Source: Oopsacas minuta | Lineage: Eukaryota; Animalia; Porifera | DNA length: 32,841 nt | Reading direction: 5' to 3' | Assembly (NCBI GenBank): GCA_024704765.1 | Contig: JAKMXF010000075.1 | Location: 1-32,841 of the forward strand | Part shown: positions 7,080 through 18,010 of the stretch, one piece after another | Numbering within the stretch: the first letter of the stretch is position 1 | Layout: each line of letters opens with the position of its first letter | Notes under the pieces: generated by a model | Told to the model about the DNA's origin: nothing | The model's database searches: none | What the model saw: the letters and a program-made list of their open reading frames with translations, nothing else | Position numbers and translations under genes: made by a program

Positions 7080-9870
7080 TGTAGAGTATTAAATGAGGTT
7101 TTGAAAATACAAGATAGTGGATTTGAAATTGATCGAATTTTGAAACTTAATAATTGGCGAGATAAGAAATCTATCTCAGGGAGATTATCAAAATTGATCT
7201 TTCAGAGAAACACGCAGAAATAGAGAGGTAGAATTTGGCAGATTTGGCACAAGAATCGATATCATATACAAAATAGATTTGAAGCAATTAGTTTTGACAA
7301 CAAAATCGTAGTTTGAAAATTGAGACTGAAATGTATCCAGCAAATACTAATTGGGTGTCTGAATTGATTTTAGATTCAACGGTTGTAGATAATGAAATTT
7401 TGAGTTCGGAAATTTGTGATGTTGCCATTTTTGAAATCCACAACCTATTAACGAACTATTGACAACAAGATCGCCATCACTTTCATCTTTAGATTCGATT
7501 AAAAGTGAAGCAACTTACATAATTGACAAGCCTCTTCTCTCTACCCCACAAAGTTTCAATCTGGATGATGGGCAAATGTTTTTAGAAAATTCCTCTTCAA
7601 AAAGGAAGGAGAATGAACCTAGAAAAAATAATCAATTTTATCAAAGAGATTATGATTGGAATAATATCAAACCAAAGATTGGCAATATGATTTTCCATTC
7701 AGAATGGACCAATCTGTTTAATGACAAACTTGAACAGCATTATCCCCTGTGTATATAAAGGTTCAAATATCATCGAATAAACCCAAAATACAAAACTCGA
7801 AGATGTTCTTATTTAATAGCTGAAGAAACTGCAAATTCAAAGAATGTTTGAAGTTTAGGTTCTGGATTGATGCAGAACCAGCAGATGGAGTAGATGTAAG
7901 AGTGAAATTTATTACTAACAGTTCCCTTTCCAACCAACATCATGACAATAAAACGTCATTCAGTCGTCACCTATCTGGAGAAATAAGGGAAGCAGTTAGA
8001 CAAAAAATATCCTTGTCTTCTCCAATTAATTATCATTACGAACAGTTCTACGATTCGAAAAGCATCTCTGTTGCAAGATGTGGAAATTTCAACAATCTCC
8101 ATTCACCAACTGTTCTTAGGAATATAAAAACTGAAAGTTCATCCTGTGACCGATTAAGTTTCGATATGTGGTTAGATATAATTAGTACAAAGAAAACTTA
8201 TGATCTTTCTATAATAGGAAACTTTATGAATGGGCACATCAGGGACGTCGCCAAGATTTTCACCTAGGGGGGCACGAAGTTTCCAAGGGCCAGGACGATG
8301 GGCAAAGTGTTTCCCGGGTTTAGCAGAAGCATGCCCAGTGGCGGATCAATAAATTTTATTTGGTTAGTACCATCCAGCTGGGCAGTTGCGTCGTGTGGCT
8401 TTGATATATGGGGGCACAAATTCAATCTGGTTGTCAACATGTTCTAGATGTTCCTACCAGATTGAATCTGTGCACCCAAGATTTCAAAGCTTATGGGCGC
8501 TGTAAACAATCAGTAAGGTCCAAGAGCCAAAACAATTGAAAGAAATAACTTATGGTCTGAAATTGCCAAAGAATTTGTTTTTCAGGTCGAGTAATGATGT
8601 GTAACTCGAAGAATATTTGGGGGGCCCCAGTTACATATGCACTACGCTACTGCAGCTGGGGGTCTGTGGTGCTTTAGGTCTTCCAGTCGTGAGGGGGCGT
8701 AGCACTTGGACAATAAGCTATAATAGCTACTACATTAATTAGCGTTGTACTGCCACGTAGGTTTGAATCTTGGAACAAGTTCTCAGTTATATTTTAGGAA
8801 TAAATAGTGAAATCTTTAAACAAACAACAAGAAGTTATCAATAATTATTATATCAATGGAGGCATCGAACGGAAAATCGTACGATAATCCTTGATATTGT
8901 AACTTGTATGGTCAATTCTACTTTTGACTGTGCCGACTATACTTTAGTATAGTGGCCCAGTATTGAAATGGGTGCCTATATTATTTTAACAACTGAAGGG
9001 ATGTCGGCCCAGTACGTCAAAACGCCCTGGAGAAAACATTGCATTTGCTCAGAGTATAAACATTCAAAAATATTACCTAGTTCTGTATATCAATACAAGC
9101 TATATCTTATTTATGGGTGAGATTAAATAATATTGAGGGTAAGATGCAAGCGAAGCGAGTCGAAATTTTCCAGTTTGCAATTTAAGCCGAGGACCTGTTG
9201 TGATACATATGTATAGCGAGGAGCAAATGCTTCTCCTAAAGCACTTCAAATGGGATAAAATTTTCTACATTTTGATGCAACAGGATCAGTTCGGAAAATT
9301 GATAAAGAACAAAAAACAATTCTATACTATGCGTTAACAGTCAGACACCCAAATGCAATAATATCTCCTATTCCTTTAGCAGAAATGTTAAGCAGCCACC
9401 ACACCAAAATTGGAATATCTCATTTGAATAAATGGCTATATACAACAAAGAAAGTCCTCAATAAGGTGTTTAGTCCAGCTCATATTGAAATTGACTTCAG
9501 CTGGGCAATGCTACATAGTATTTGTTATAGTTTTAAACAGGAGAGTCTTGAGATTTACCTTTCTAACTGTTGGCAAATGAATACAACACAAGACATTGTA
9601 TTTATCTCTTTAAGCATTTCTTGTTCTAGAAATAGATATCCTGAAGTAGAAAAGTATATAGCAATGCTACAAAGAATAATCACTTGTGACCAAGAACAAG
9701 TCGATTTAGAAATTGACTACCTTGCAGAACTAGACGAAGAACTTCCCAACGATCTGGGAGATAGTATAACTTATAAGTCTAGTTCACCATATGGGAGACA
9801 TATTGAAAGTGTACTTAAAGTAGAATCGGCTTCAAATTTCAGGCTGATCATTGATGACACTACAATGTAG
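7080..9870 (+). mobile_element. Mutator-like (NOF/FB-type) DDE transposase remnant, interrupted by a MITE cluster at about 8240-9190
   Basis: Colinear fragments EWTNLFNDKLEQHYPLCI*RFKYHRI, RHLSGEIREAV, SPTVLRNIKTE, then VIHMYSEEQ, FLHFDATGSVRKID..ILYYAL..PIPLAEMLSSHH (Asp at 9274, in frame with ORF 9385) and PAHIEIDFSWAMLHS (Asp at 9493). These match my recollection of NOF/MULE transposase motifs. Confidence 0.7.
8383..8652. mobile_element. hAT-type MITE, 270 bp, nested inside older MITE fragments
   Basis: TIRs CAGTTGCGTCGTG / reverse complement CAGTAGCGTAGTG; perfect 8-bp TSD CAGCTGGG (8375-8382, 8653-8660); interior homologous to 13914-14167. Confidence 0.88.
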
Positions 9871-10129
9871 TGAACAGCAACATGTGGAAAAATTACACAT
9901 ATGACATAGGATCTAAACTTCATTCATAATTAATACAATAATATTGTAGTGATTAGGGTTAGGGAACTTCATTCATAGCTTCTTCAGTCAGTGACGCATA
10001 TATCTACACAAAAGGAAGATGATGGCTGTGATGAATGCTGCATACCAAGCTTTACTAAAATTGTAGATATGATATTTCGAATTACCCACCTTCCTTGAGT
10101 GACTTAATATTGGAAAATAAGGATCTATT

Positions 10130-10490
10130 TTCTACCACGCCACACCTGGTCCTGGTATGAGATTATATCAATTTGTGTGCATGCCATTAGGGGTATGTAA
10201 TGGACCTTCTTCTTTTCAGAGGCTGATGGAGACTGTCTTGCGAGGTATAGACACGGCCAAAGTATTTATTGATGATATTTTGGTTTTCTCTGCGGATACA
10301 GGATCACACGTGAATAATTGAAAAGAAATCTTTCAACGACTACGTGAATCAAAATTGACGTTGAGAGGCAGAAAATGTTATTTGACTAAGTCTGGTGTTC
10401 GTTATCTGGGATAAGTATTTTCTGCTCAAGGAATGAGACCCGACCCATCCAAAATTGAGACTGTTCAAGATTGGCCTATTCCAATAGATG
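10130..10490 (+). mobile_element. Gypsy reverse transcriptase remnant
   Basis: LYQFVCMPLGVCNGPSSFQRLMETVLRG...VFIDDILVFS (FIDD at 10265-10276), LRESKLTLRGRKC, VRYLG, GMRPDPSKIETVQDWPIP; several stops. Confidence 0.9.
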
Positions 10491-10599
10491 ATTTCAAAAT
10501 TTATGGGTCATCACCTTTATATAGTTTGTTTGTTCAGTTTATGTTCAGTTTATTTATCAAATTTGGACAAAACTTAAATCATTAATGGTTTGTTATCTC

Positions 10600-11192
10600 G
10601 AAGTTATGGCGTGGAAGGATTTGGTATCATACGGAACGTAATAGTCGGCCCCAATGAATTGAAAGGAGCGTTTTTATATCATCATCACGATCTGCCGTGT
10701 ACCGGCCATCAAGGATGGAGAAAAACTTTGGAAACTTAAATGGTAGAATACTGGGAATGTCAGCAGATACCCAAGAGTATTGCAAGACCTGCGATATTTG
10801 TATGTAAGCAAAGCAACCTATGCCTCCCAAATTACCTATGGTCAGCACTCATATTTGGAAATCCGTGGCATCGGATTGCAGTCGACGTTATGGAAGTGCC
10901 GATTAATTCAAGAGGAAATAAATATCTCCTGGTGATACAAGATTATTTTACCAAATGGCTAGAGGCATTTACAGCAGAATGATGGCTGATTTTGCAATCT
11001 TTCGGGGTAAAGAAGAGTCATACGACTTGATACCATCCACAGGGGATAATTTAGTTGAAAGGTCGAATAGGATTCTCTTAGACATGTTGCGTTCGTATGT
11101 TGTCAGAGAAGAACAATGGGAATGTTTTCTCTCACTAATGCTTTACTCATATAAATACTTCTTACCATTCATCTATTGAAACGACTCCTTTT
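10600..11192 (+). mobile_element. Gypsy integrase remnant (same element as the RT; RNase H apparently deleted)
   Basis: GHQG, YCKTCDIC (H2C2), PWHRIAVDVM, NKYLLVIQDYFTKWLEAF, LVERSNRILLDMLRSYV, TTPF; internal deletions and frameshifts. Confidence 0.88.
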
Positions 11193-11551
11193 CAGGATTA
11201 GAGTTTAACCCGGGTTTAACTCGGGCTAATCAAACTATAGAAGTATATTTACCCTTTTTGGAAACTCAATTTTAATATTATTTTATACATATATTTATTC
11301 GGAATGAATGCTAAAATTCTTACTAAATAACGTCTGGTTTTAAGTCAATTGTACGATTACCAGATCTTTATTTATGAAGATTTTGAATATTTACTGTGTT
11401 TACAATTTAATCAAATTATAGTCTGGAAATCCTAAATTAGAGTCTCAAACACAGTTTAGGTAGTTTACCCAATTACATGAGGTTTAGCACAGTGTAATAG
11501 CCAGTTTTGACCATAAAATAGGGTTTAACCCAGTTTAACCAGCCAACCCTG
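11193..11551. mobile_element. hAT-like MITE with degenerate TIRs and no TSD, at the junction of two integrase remnants
   Basis: Left CAGGATTAGAGTTTAACCCGGGTTTAAC vs right reverse complement CAGGGTTGGCTGGTTAAACTGGGTTAAAC; the 8-bp flanks (CTCCTTTT, ATTAGGAT) do not match. Confidence 0.55.
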
Positions 11552-12845
11552 ATTAGGATACACTGCTGCAAGACTCTCTGCTTGGATTTGGAGCCGGGGC
11601 TTACGAGAACCGTGAATCAGTTCGAAAGCTGAGAATTTCGTTGTTTCTCGTGGCCTTATATTCAGGGAAAAAGTAATTTCTTCCAAAAAATTGTACCATT
11701 TTTCTTTTTTTCTCATTCAAAGTTTTTATGAGGAACCTTTTAAGGGCTATGTGGGATGATTCCACTAATCCATTCGTTTGAGGATGATAAGGGGAAGAAA
11801 ACATTAGTTTGCAATTATATAATTCGTACAACTACTTGTGTAATTTGTTTGTGAATTCAGTCCCGTTATCACTAATTATTTGGACTGGAGCCCCTTGTCT
11901 GCAGTAGATGGAGAATAAACCCTTCGCGACTTCTTTTGCTTCTTTATTCCGGAGGGGGCGGGTCTCTAACCAGCGGGCGAAATGATCGATTACTGTTAAT
12001 ATGTATATATACCCATTAGACTCAATAAGAGGACCAGTAAGATCCATACCAATGAGGAACCAAACTTTAGTCATAACAGGAAGAGGTTGCAGAGGATTAC
12101 TTGGACTTTTTAGGGTTGACTGATTCTTAATACAACGTATGCAAGCTTGTACAAATTTTGTAATGTCTTTCAACATGCTGGACCAAAAGTAGCGATCTTT
12201 CGCTATTTATATGTATATTGAGCGCATCTTTGAGTACATCATCTACTTCATTTTTCTGTATAACAAACAAATCTTGATCATTAACAGCTTTAAATAGTTT
12301 TCCTTCAAGATAGCGGAATCTGGAAGCTTTCCTGCGTAATTCTCTCTTCTCAACCTTGCCATAATCAGATGGATATTCTCAGGGTTGCCAACTCTCCCGC
12401 TTTAGCGGGAGTCTCCCGTTTTTTAGCCTATTTCATCACCCACCTCCCGTCCTACCGCCAAAATTTTGAAACTCCCGCTTTTTTGGATTTTTTTCTATAT
12501 TTAGATTTTATGACATTTTAGTAGAAAATACCATATTTTTGATTAATTATTCGAGATTCGAGAACCAAACTATCCAGACTTTGGGCTTACATACTTCAGT
12601 ACTTATATTATTCTCAAATTTATATTATTCTCAAAGCCCCCTGTAATGATATTTTATCATTATATTAATGGAAAATTTACGATATTAGGCTTAAATAGCA
12701 CATATTTTAAGTCTCCCGCTTTTAGGACAAACTCCCGCCAAAATGGCGAAGACCTCCCGCTTTTTTGTTTTGAGAGGTTGGCATCCCTGATATTCTCCAG
12801 ACTTGAGATATTTTACAATACACTCGTAATCAAGGGGATCCACAA
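11552..12845 (-). mobile_element. Ginger/GIN1-type integrase (DDE transposase) remnant, split by a MITE
   Basis: With the 12380-12789 insert removed: VDPLDYECIVKYLKSGEYPSDYGKVERRELRRKASRFRYLEGKLFK...; then RYFWSSMLKDITKFVQACIRC, WFLIGMDLTGP, TVIDHFARWLE, IISDNGTEF, SSPYHPQTNGLVES, FSLNIRPRETTKFSAFELIHG. One in-frame TAG (11832-11834) and two frameshifts. No RT/RNase H immediately upstream. Confidence 0.78.
12380..12789. mobile_element. hAT-like MITE, 410 bp
   Basis: TIRs CAGGGTTGCCAAC / reverse complement CAGGGATGCCAAC; many internal CTCCCG repeats; flanking duplication ATATTCT (12373-12379, 12790-12796). Confidence 0.9.
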
Positions 12846-13913
12846 TGTAAAACAAACTAATTAAGATGCGATGAATTGTAAAGATTATCGGTTTTATATT
12901 TTTACATTTGTTTCAGCATTGATAACTAGGTACACAACCTCAAAATAACTTGATAGGCTTCACATAGCATGACAAGTCATCATTGACAATGGGGGGGGCA
13001 ATTTCTGTCAAAACAGTACTACTATATTAAAAATACATTACACATACAAAAAAGAGGATAATATGGACTCATTACTCAAACTAATAGAGACTTCAAACAA
13101 AGAGAATATGGTAGTGAAGTTATTTAGTAAATTCATTTTCTAAATAATTACTAGACAGACTGTATATATACAAGGTGTTAAGAAATTGATTTCCTGTCAG
13201 ATTTTTATTGATTTTCTAGTCAGATCATCTTGCGATAACAATGCCAATTGATATTGTAATCCTTATCAAAATAAATAAAAATTAAGAATTATTATTTTAA
13301 TGTAGATTTGGAAACGTTTTATAGAAAGGCATTGATTCGTTTTGTCAATACTGGGATTATAGTAGAGCGAACAAATTATTTTCACTAAAATGTTTGAAAC
13401 ATTCTCCTTAGAAAGTTTGTCCTAGCTCACATCCTAAATGCAGATATTTAAGGCCGTATGAGAAGGGTTTAGCCTTGGACTGGAAAGGGCTTAAACAGCC
13501 TGTCAATAAATGAATAATATAATACGGGTATTACAGTTGAAGTAGACTAAGTAGTAGGACTCAGTAGAATAAACTGAAAACAAATAAGATAAGTATATTC
13601 ATCTGCAAAGTTAAATTACTAAACAATAATAATATAATTGCATTGTAATTACCCCTCAATTTAGATAAAATTTCACAACGGCCCGAAACAGAACATTTTT
13701 CGCTTTCATTCATCAACTTTGACCCATGTAGTAAGATTGGGGGTATCCTCAATTCAAATAGTATCTTAGGTATCGCCAAAATTCATGCAAAATTACACAA
13801 AAATGGGTATGAGCCCGAATAGAAACAAAAAGTCTCACCCCTGAATTAGTGACATCGCAAGATAAAAATGTGGTCTGGCCAGAGGTGGGGTTTCACACAG
13901 GGTATGTTACAGC

Positions 13914-14167
13914 CAGTGGCCAGGTGCCGTTTGAAAGCTGGGGTGAGACATAAATTCAATCTGGTGGACAAAGGTTCTAGATAAGGGTCTATGGGCGGTG
14001 TAAACAATCAGTAAGATCCAGGAGCGAAACCCATCGCAAGAAATAACGTTTGGTTTGGAAGGCCCACAAAGTTAACATTTTTCTGATCCCTTGGAGTAAT
14101 GATATGGGAGCTTGGAGAATATTTGAGGGGGCCCGGGCCCCAATTCACATATAGCACGACGCCACTG
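13914..14167. mobile_element. hAT-type MITE, 254 bp
   Basis: Ends CAGTGGC / GCCACTG; perfect 8-bp TSD GTTACAGC (13906-13913, 14168-14175); interior homologous to 8383-8652. Confidence 0.88.
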
Positions 14168-14849
14168 GTTACAGCTTCTATATAATGATCCTGCTATGGC
14201 AGGAACAGGAGGAACAGGTACTACGTTTATGGGGGTTGAAATATATTTCCACTGAATAAAATTGAGAAAGTATCCGATTGGCCTGCCCAAAATTTCAATT
14301 ATTAGGAGGGAGCGAAATATTTATTTCTATCAACATTTCAGAGAGGTAACCCCTCCATAAATATTTGGAATCGAAGTCCCTGCAATTCACATCAGGAGTC
14401 AATGCCCATCAGACTCTTTTATCATTGTTTATTTCATGGTTTTGTATACCATATAAAAAATAAATAGAAAGTCAATATGTTCTATATAAAGCATTCAATG
14501 AATTTATAGTTATCGAGACTAGAGTAACCTTTACGCACCATGAATACATCCTAAAGAGCATTATCATACTGCGCCTATTATATTAACTTAGTTCTCAATT
14601 TTGTAAAGAACTTTCTAACTGTATTTATCCTCCCCTCAATATTTACTCGTATTACTATCTAGTTTGTCGATTATCCTACCATTAATTAATTAATTATTAA
14701 TCTTCAAATCACATTAAGTACTATCATCTTACTATTAGATATTTTATTCAAACTACTGCCATATTTCTCTGAATTCATGGTGGAAAATTACTGATATAAT
14801 ATTCTCCATTTCTGCGATTTTTAGCCTTGATTCGCGTATCTGTTAATTA

Positions 14850-14964
14850 GAACGCATCTGTGGACCACACCGTCGCACTTTTGATCACTCGACATCGCGA
14901 CAACAATCTTTCGTCCATTGAATAGTCACCACCAATTATAAGCTATAACAGTTCTCAATACTCA
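14850..14964 (+). promoter_or_regulatory. Probable proximal promoter / 5' UTR of the CBP-like gene
   Basis: Locally CpG-containing non-repeat stretch immediately 5' of the first ATG. The transcription start cannot be determined from the sequence. Confidence 0.3.
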
Positions 14965-15040
14965 ATGATGAACCAAATCCCACCAGCCCCGAAGAGACCT
15001 CGATCCAACTCTCCCAATGGACATCAGGAAGAGAGCATGG
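14965..15040 (+). CDS. CREBBP: CBP/p300-like histone acetyltransferase, coding exon 1
   Basis: ATG at 14965 gives MMNQIPPAPKRPRSNSPNGHQEESM + G|GTAAGA donor (76 nt, phase 1). PPAPKRPR resembles the N-terminal PPNPKRAK basic motif of human CBP, and the phase joins exon 2 in frame. Confidence 0.65.
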
Positions 15041-15199
15041 GTAAGATATTAAATATTTTTCTGTTTGTATTACACGGTATGTGCCTATGGTGGGCCTTAC
15101 CTCACTCTGATACTATCCCATAATTCCTTATTTGAAATATTCGTAGACTAAGTGATTTATGTAAGGCTTTTACTGCATGTGCAGCATCCTGATTACGTC

Positions 15200-15349
15200 T
15201 AGGGACGGATTAGCGTGTTGCGGCAGCCGGAGAAATCCTCAGAACGGCCCATAACCATTGGTCAGGCTATGGTCTGTTCTAGTAACTACGGCCCAATCAA
15301 ACCGGCCCACTGGGAACTTCCCTGCATCCTGCTAGCTAATTTGTTCCTG
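15200..15349. mobile_element. Degenerate hAT-type MITE
   Basis: Ends TAGGGACGGATTAG / reverse complement CAGGAACAAATTAG; flanks ATTACGTC vs GTTATGTC (6/8). Confidence 0.5.
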
Positions 15350-15962
15350 GTTATGTCTCTGATTATACCCCTATTCATTATATTGTAATTGTAAATACCT
15401 GTAGCCCTTCGGTACCATTATATTTGGCTACTACATGATGTTGTCATCATTTTATCATTATTTGCATATAATCATAGGTGTAACATCTTGAGGGCGGGGA
15501 GGGGAGGTTACTCTTGGTAAAAACATGACTAATTGGATCGAGATAAGTTAGTTTTTAGTTTAAAAATCGTGTAATTAATGAGTTTAGGTTATTTATAATC
15601 AACAAATATATATAACAGCAACCTGTATCTATATCTCAATCTTTGTAGCACATTATAATAATTATTTACATCGTTATTGGTAGCATTATCTGTCCTAAAG
15701 TTCAGATTATTTGCTGAATCCATTCATTCACTATTTCACCTTTCCCCCTCCAGAACTGGGTGTAATGTTACCCCTATGTTTGTATTTCTATTTCGATGTC
15801 CTACATTAAAATGGGAAATAAATTTTTCACCAAAATGCTTCGTCTAAAATCTATTATATTTAATTTTGCATTATATTTTTCGCATGTAGATATCAAACTT
15901 TTCTTATAACAACGAAGGATAAGGGTAGACGAAATACCGTCTGCTTGCATGCTCAGATATTT

Positions 15963-16108
15963 ATCCGTTCAAATATTGCGTAACGCTTTCAATAAATAGG
16001 GTTATCAGTTGTGTTACGGCCTCCTTATACTTATAACCCTAATAGCGTGACAAAAATAGTAGTATTTTTAACTTCTGGAATTATGCGTTACGTAACTTCT
16101 GAACAGCC
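15963..16108. mobile_element. Small MITE (family shared with 4926-5037)
   Basis: Left ATCCGTTCAAATATTGCGTAACGC vs right reverse complement GGCTGTTCAGAAGTTACGTAACGC. TSD not resolved. Confidence 0.5.
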
Positions 16109-16639
16109 ACTTATACATGTCATGTATAACTAAAACAAGATTAACATTATAAACAATTCGCTTAACATGCTCGGTCTTAATGACCATATTTCTATATTAC
16201 AAATACTAGTGCGCATCGCTTACAAGGTCGCTATGCGACAGCTACGTAACTCCGATTTGGCTTTAAGAATACAACCTCAAATTTTTCTTATAGTGGTTTT
16301 TTTTGCTGCGCGACTCTATATACTCAGCACTACTTGCCTCGAGTTAGGAAAAGGGAGGAAAAATTTGGAAATGTTATCCATGGTCCATCTAAGAGAATTA
16401 TTATGGCCTTCTGTCATCACATTATAGCAACTACTCTAGTTTTCGATATGAATCTTGGTACTACGTGCAATCTCGAATTATCCTAAAACTCGCTACGCGA
16501 CAGCCTAGGCCTCAGGTTAGCTTAAGTATTAAACAGCTATTTAATGGCCTTCTGTGGTAATACTGGAGCAGCTACGTGACTTTTGGTTAGTATTCTAGGC
16601 ACTTCTTGCCTCGAGTATTATGAATTTCTCAAAAATATC

Positions 16640-17395
16640 GAAATTAGGAGGATTTGTGTACAGTCATGATGACGTTATCATTCCATGATGAGTTTGCATT
16701 TGGTCAAAATCATGACCTCGGAACATTTGACACATTGAAGGTTACCTGTGATTTAAATTTCAGGGTTCTATCATGTATATTGGCTGAGCAAGGGTTAATA
16801 ATGTGATTTTCGAAATTCCAAATGAGTGACAATGACGTCATAATTTCGTCATAGGTGTGAATTTTCGTCCAAGACTAAAAAATGTCAGAACCAGGCCCCA
16901 AAGTATCCCTGTATGCCAAAAATCAGCCCGGGGTCTTCCAGTTTCTTCAATCAATTCTGGACATACAAACATATATATACACACAGATTAATTGTGTTAC
17001 AATCATACGTATAGGTATTAAAATTCGAGAATTTAAAAAAGTTTTGTACAGTCATGATGACATAATCATTCCATGATGAGTTTGTATTTGATCAAAATCA
17101 CTACGTTAGGACATTTCCCATATTGATTGGTACCTGTTATCAGAGCAATTAAGGAGCACGCTCCATTTTTCTTGGAGCTGGAGCCGGAGTGCACTCCTTT
17201 TCGGAATAAGGAGCGGAGGTGGGAGCGCGCTCAAAAAAATGAGGAGCTCTTAATGCTCACCTGTGATTAAAATTTCGAACTTTTATCATGTATATTGACT
17301 GAGCAGAGGCAAGAAATGTGATTTTTCGAAAATCTAAAAGATGACGATAATGTGATAATTCGCCATAGGTGTGAATTTTCGTCCAAGACTCGAAC
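16640..17395 (+). repeat. Tandem duplication of a ~388-bp unit; further partial copy at 18076-18175
   Basis: GTACAGTCATGATGAC at 16658 and 17046; CATAGGTGTGAATTTTCGTCCAAGACT ends both copies; the tail GTCTTCCAGTTTCTTCAAT.AATTCTGGACATACAAACAT occurs at about 16935 and 18128. Confidence 0.85.
17141..17259. mobile_element. hAT-type MITE inserted in the second tandem copy
   Basis: Ends CAGAGCAATTAAGGAGC / GCTCTTAATGCTCA; TSD CCTGTTAT / CCTGTGAT (7/8); the empty site ACCTGTGAT is present in the first copy. Confidence 0.8.
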
Positions 17396-17639
17396 AATGC
17401 CTATTTGGAACAGGGATGCGGTCGGAGATTAAGGTATTTTACGTGCAGATTCAATATTGTAGAAACAGTGCATTTTTTCCCAAATGAATGTATTGCATAT
17501 TTATACAACAACAACATATTATCAACCATTATACCTATGCCAAAAATTCTGGAATGTGTGAAATGTCTGTCAAGTAAGCATTTATTTGTTAAAATATGCC
17601 ATTAATTGTTGGTATTAGTATGGAAAATAATACATCTTT

Positions 17640-18010
17640 CATTCTAAAATGTAGGTATGAAATGATCTATAGAGTCTTTTTGGTGCAAAATATCAATAAT
17701 TTCTCATGATAAAGTTGCCTCGTTCTTGAGTTACTGGAGATACCATGGATGACAAATGTTTAAGAATATCCATTTAGAGTTCGATAATCGTTAAAATTAT
17801 TACCAAATCAGTATAACCAATTTATAGTATGTACCAGACTTCCCATACCCCTGTAATACATATTGATTCGATAACTATTACCAATTTGACGTAATCGTGA
17901 ATTTGCCAATATTTGGTCATTTTTAACATTACACAATAATAGTCAGAGATATGACATCAAAATATATAACAAGGGTATGGTATTTTGGATATTAACTACA
18001 GATAGGCTAT
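17640..18010. repeat. Diverged, truncated copy of the foldback family
   Basis: Shares GATACCATGGAT, CTTCCCATACCC.TGTAATA and ACAAGGGTATGG with 20740-21300; self-complementary around about 17910. Confidence 0.7.

Noticed and set aside
6857-7223. ORFs 6857..7066 (-) and 6936..7223 (+)
   Set aside because: Their MGIL/PWE-type repeats are translations of the 6926-7050 MITE; only the part after about 7080 may belong to the transposase remnant.
4926-16108. Related termini in inverted orientation 11 kb apart, suggesting one giant element capturing CBP exon 1
   Set aside because: The 16108 end already has its own partner at 15963; two separate small MITEs explain it better.
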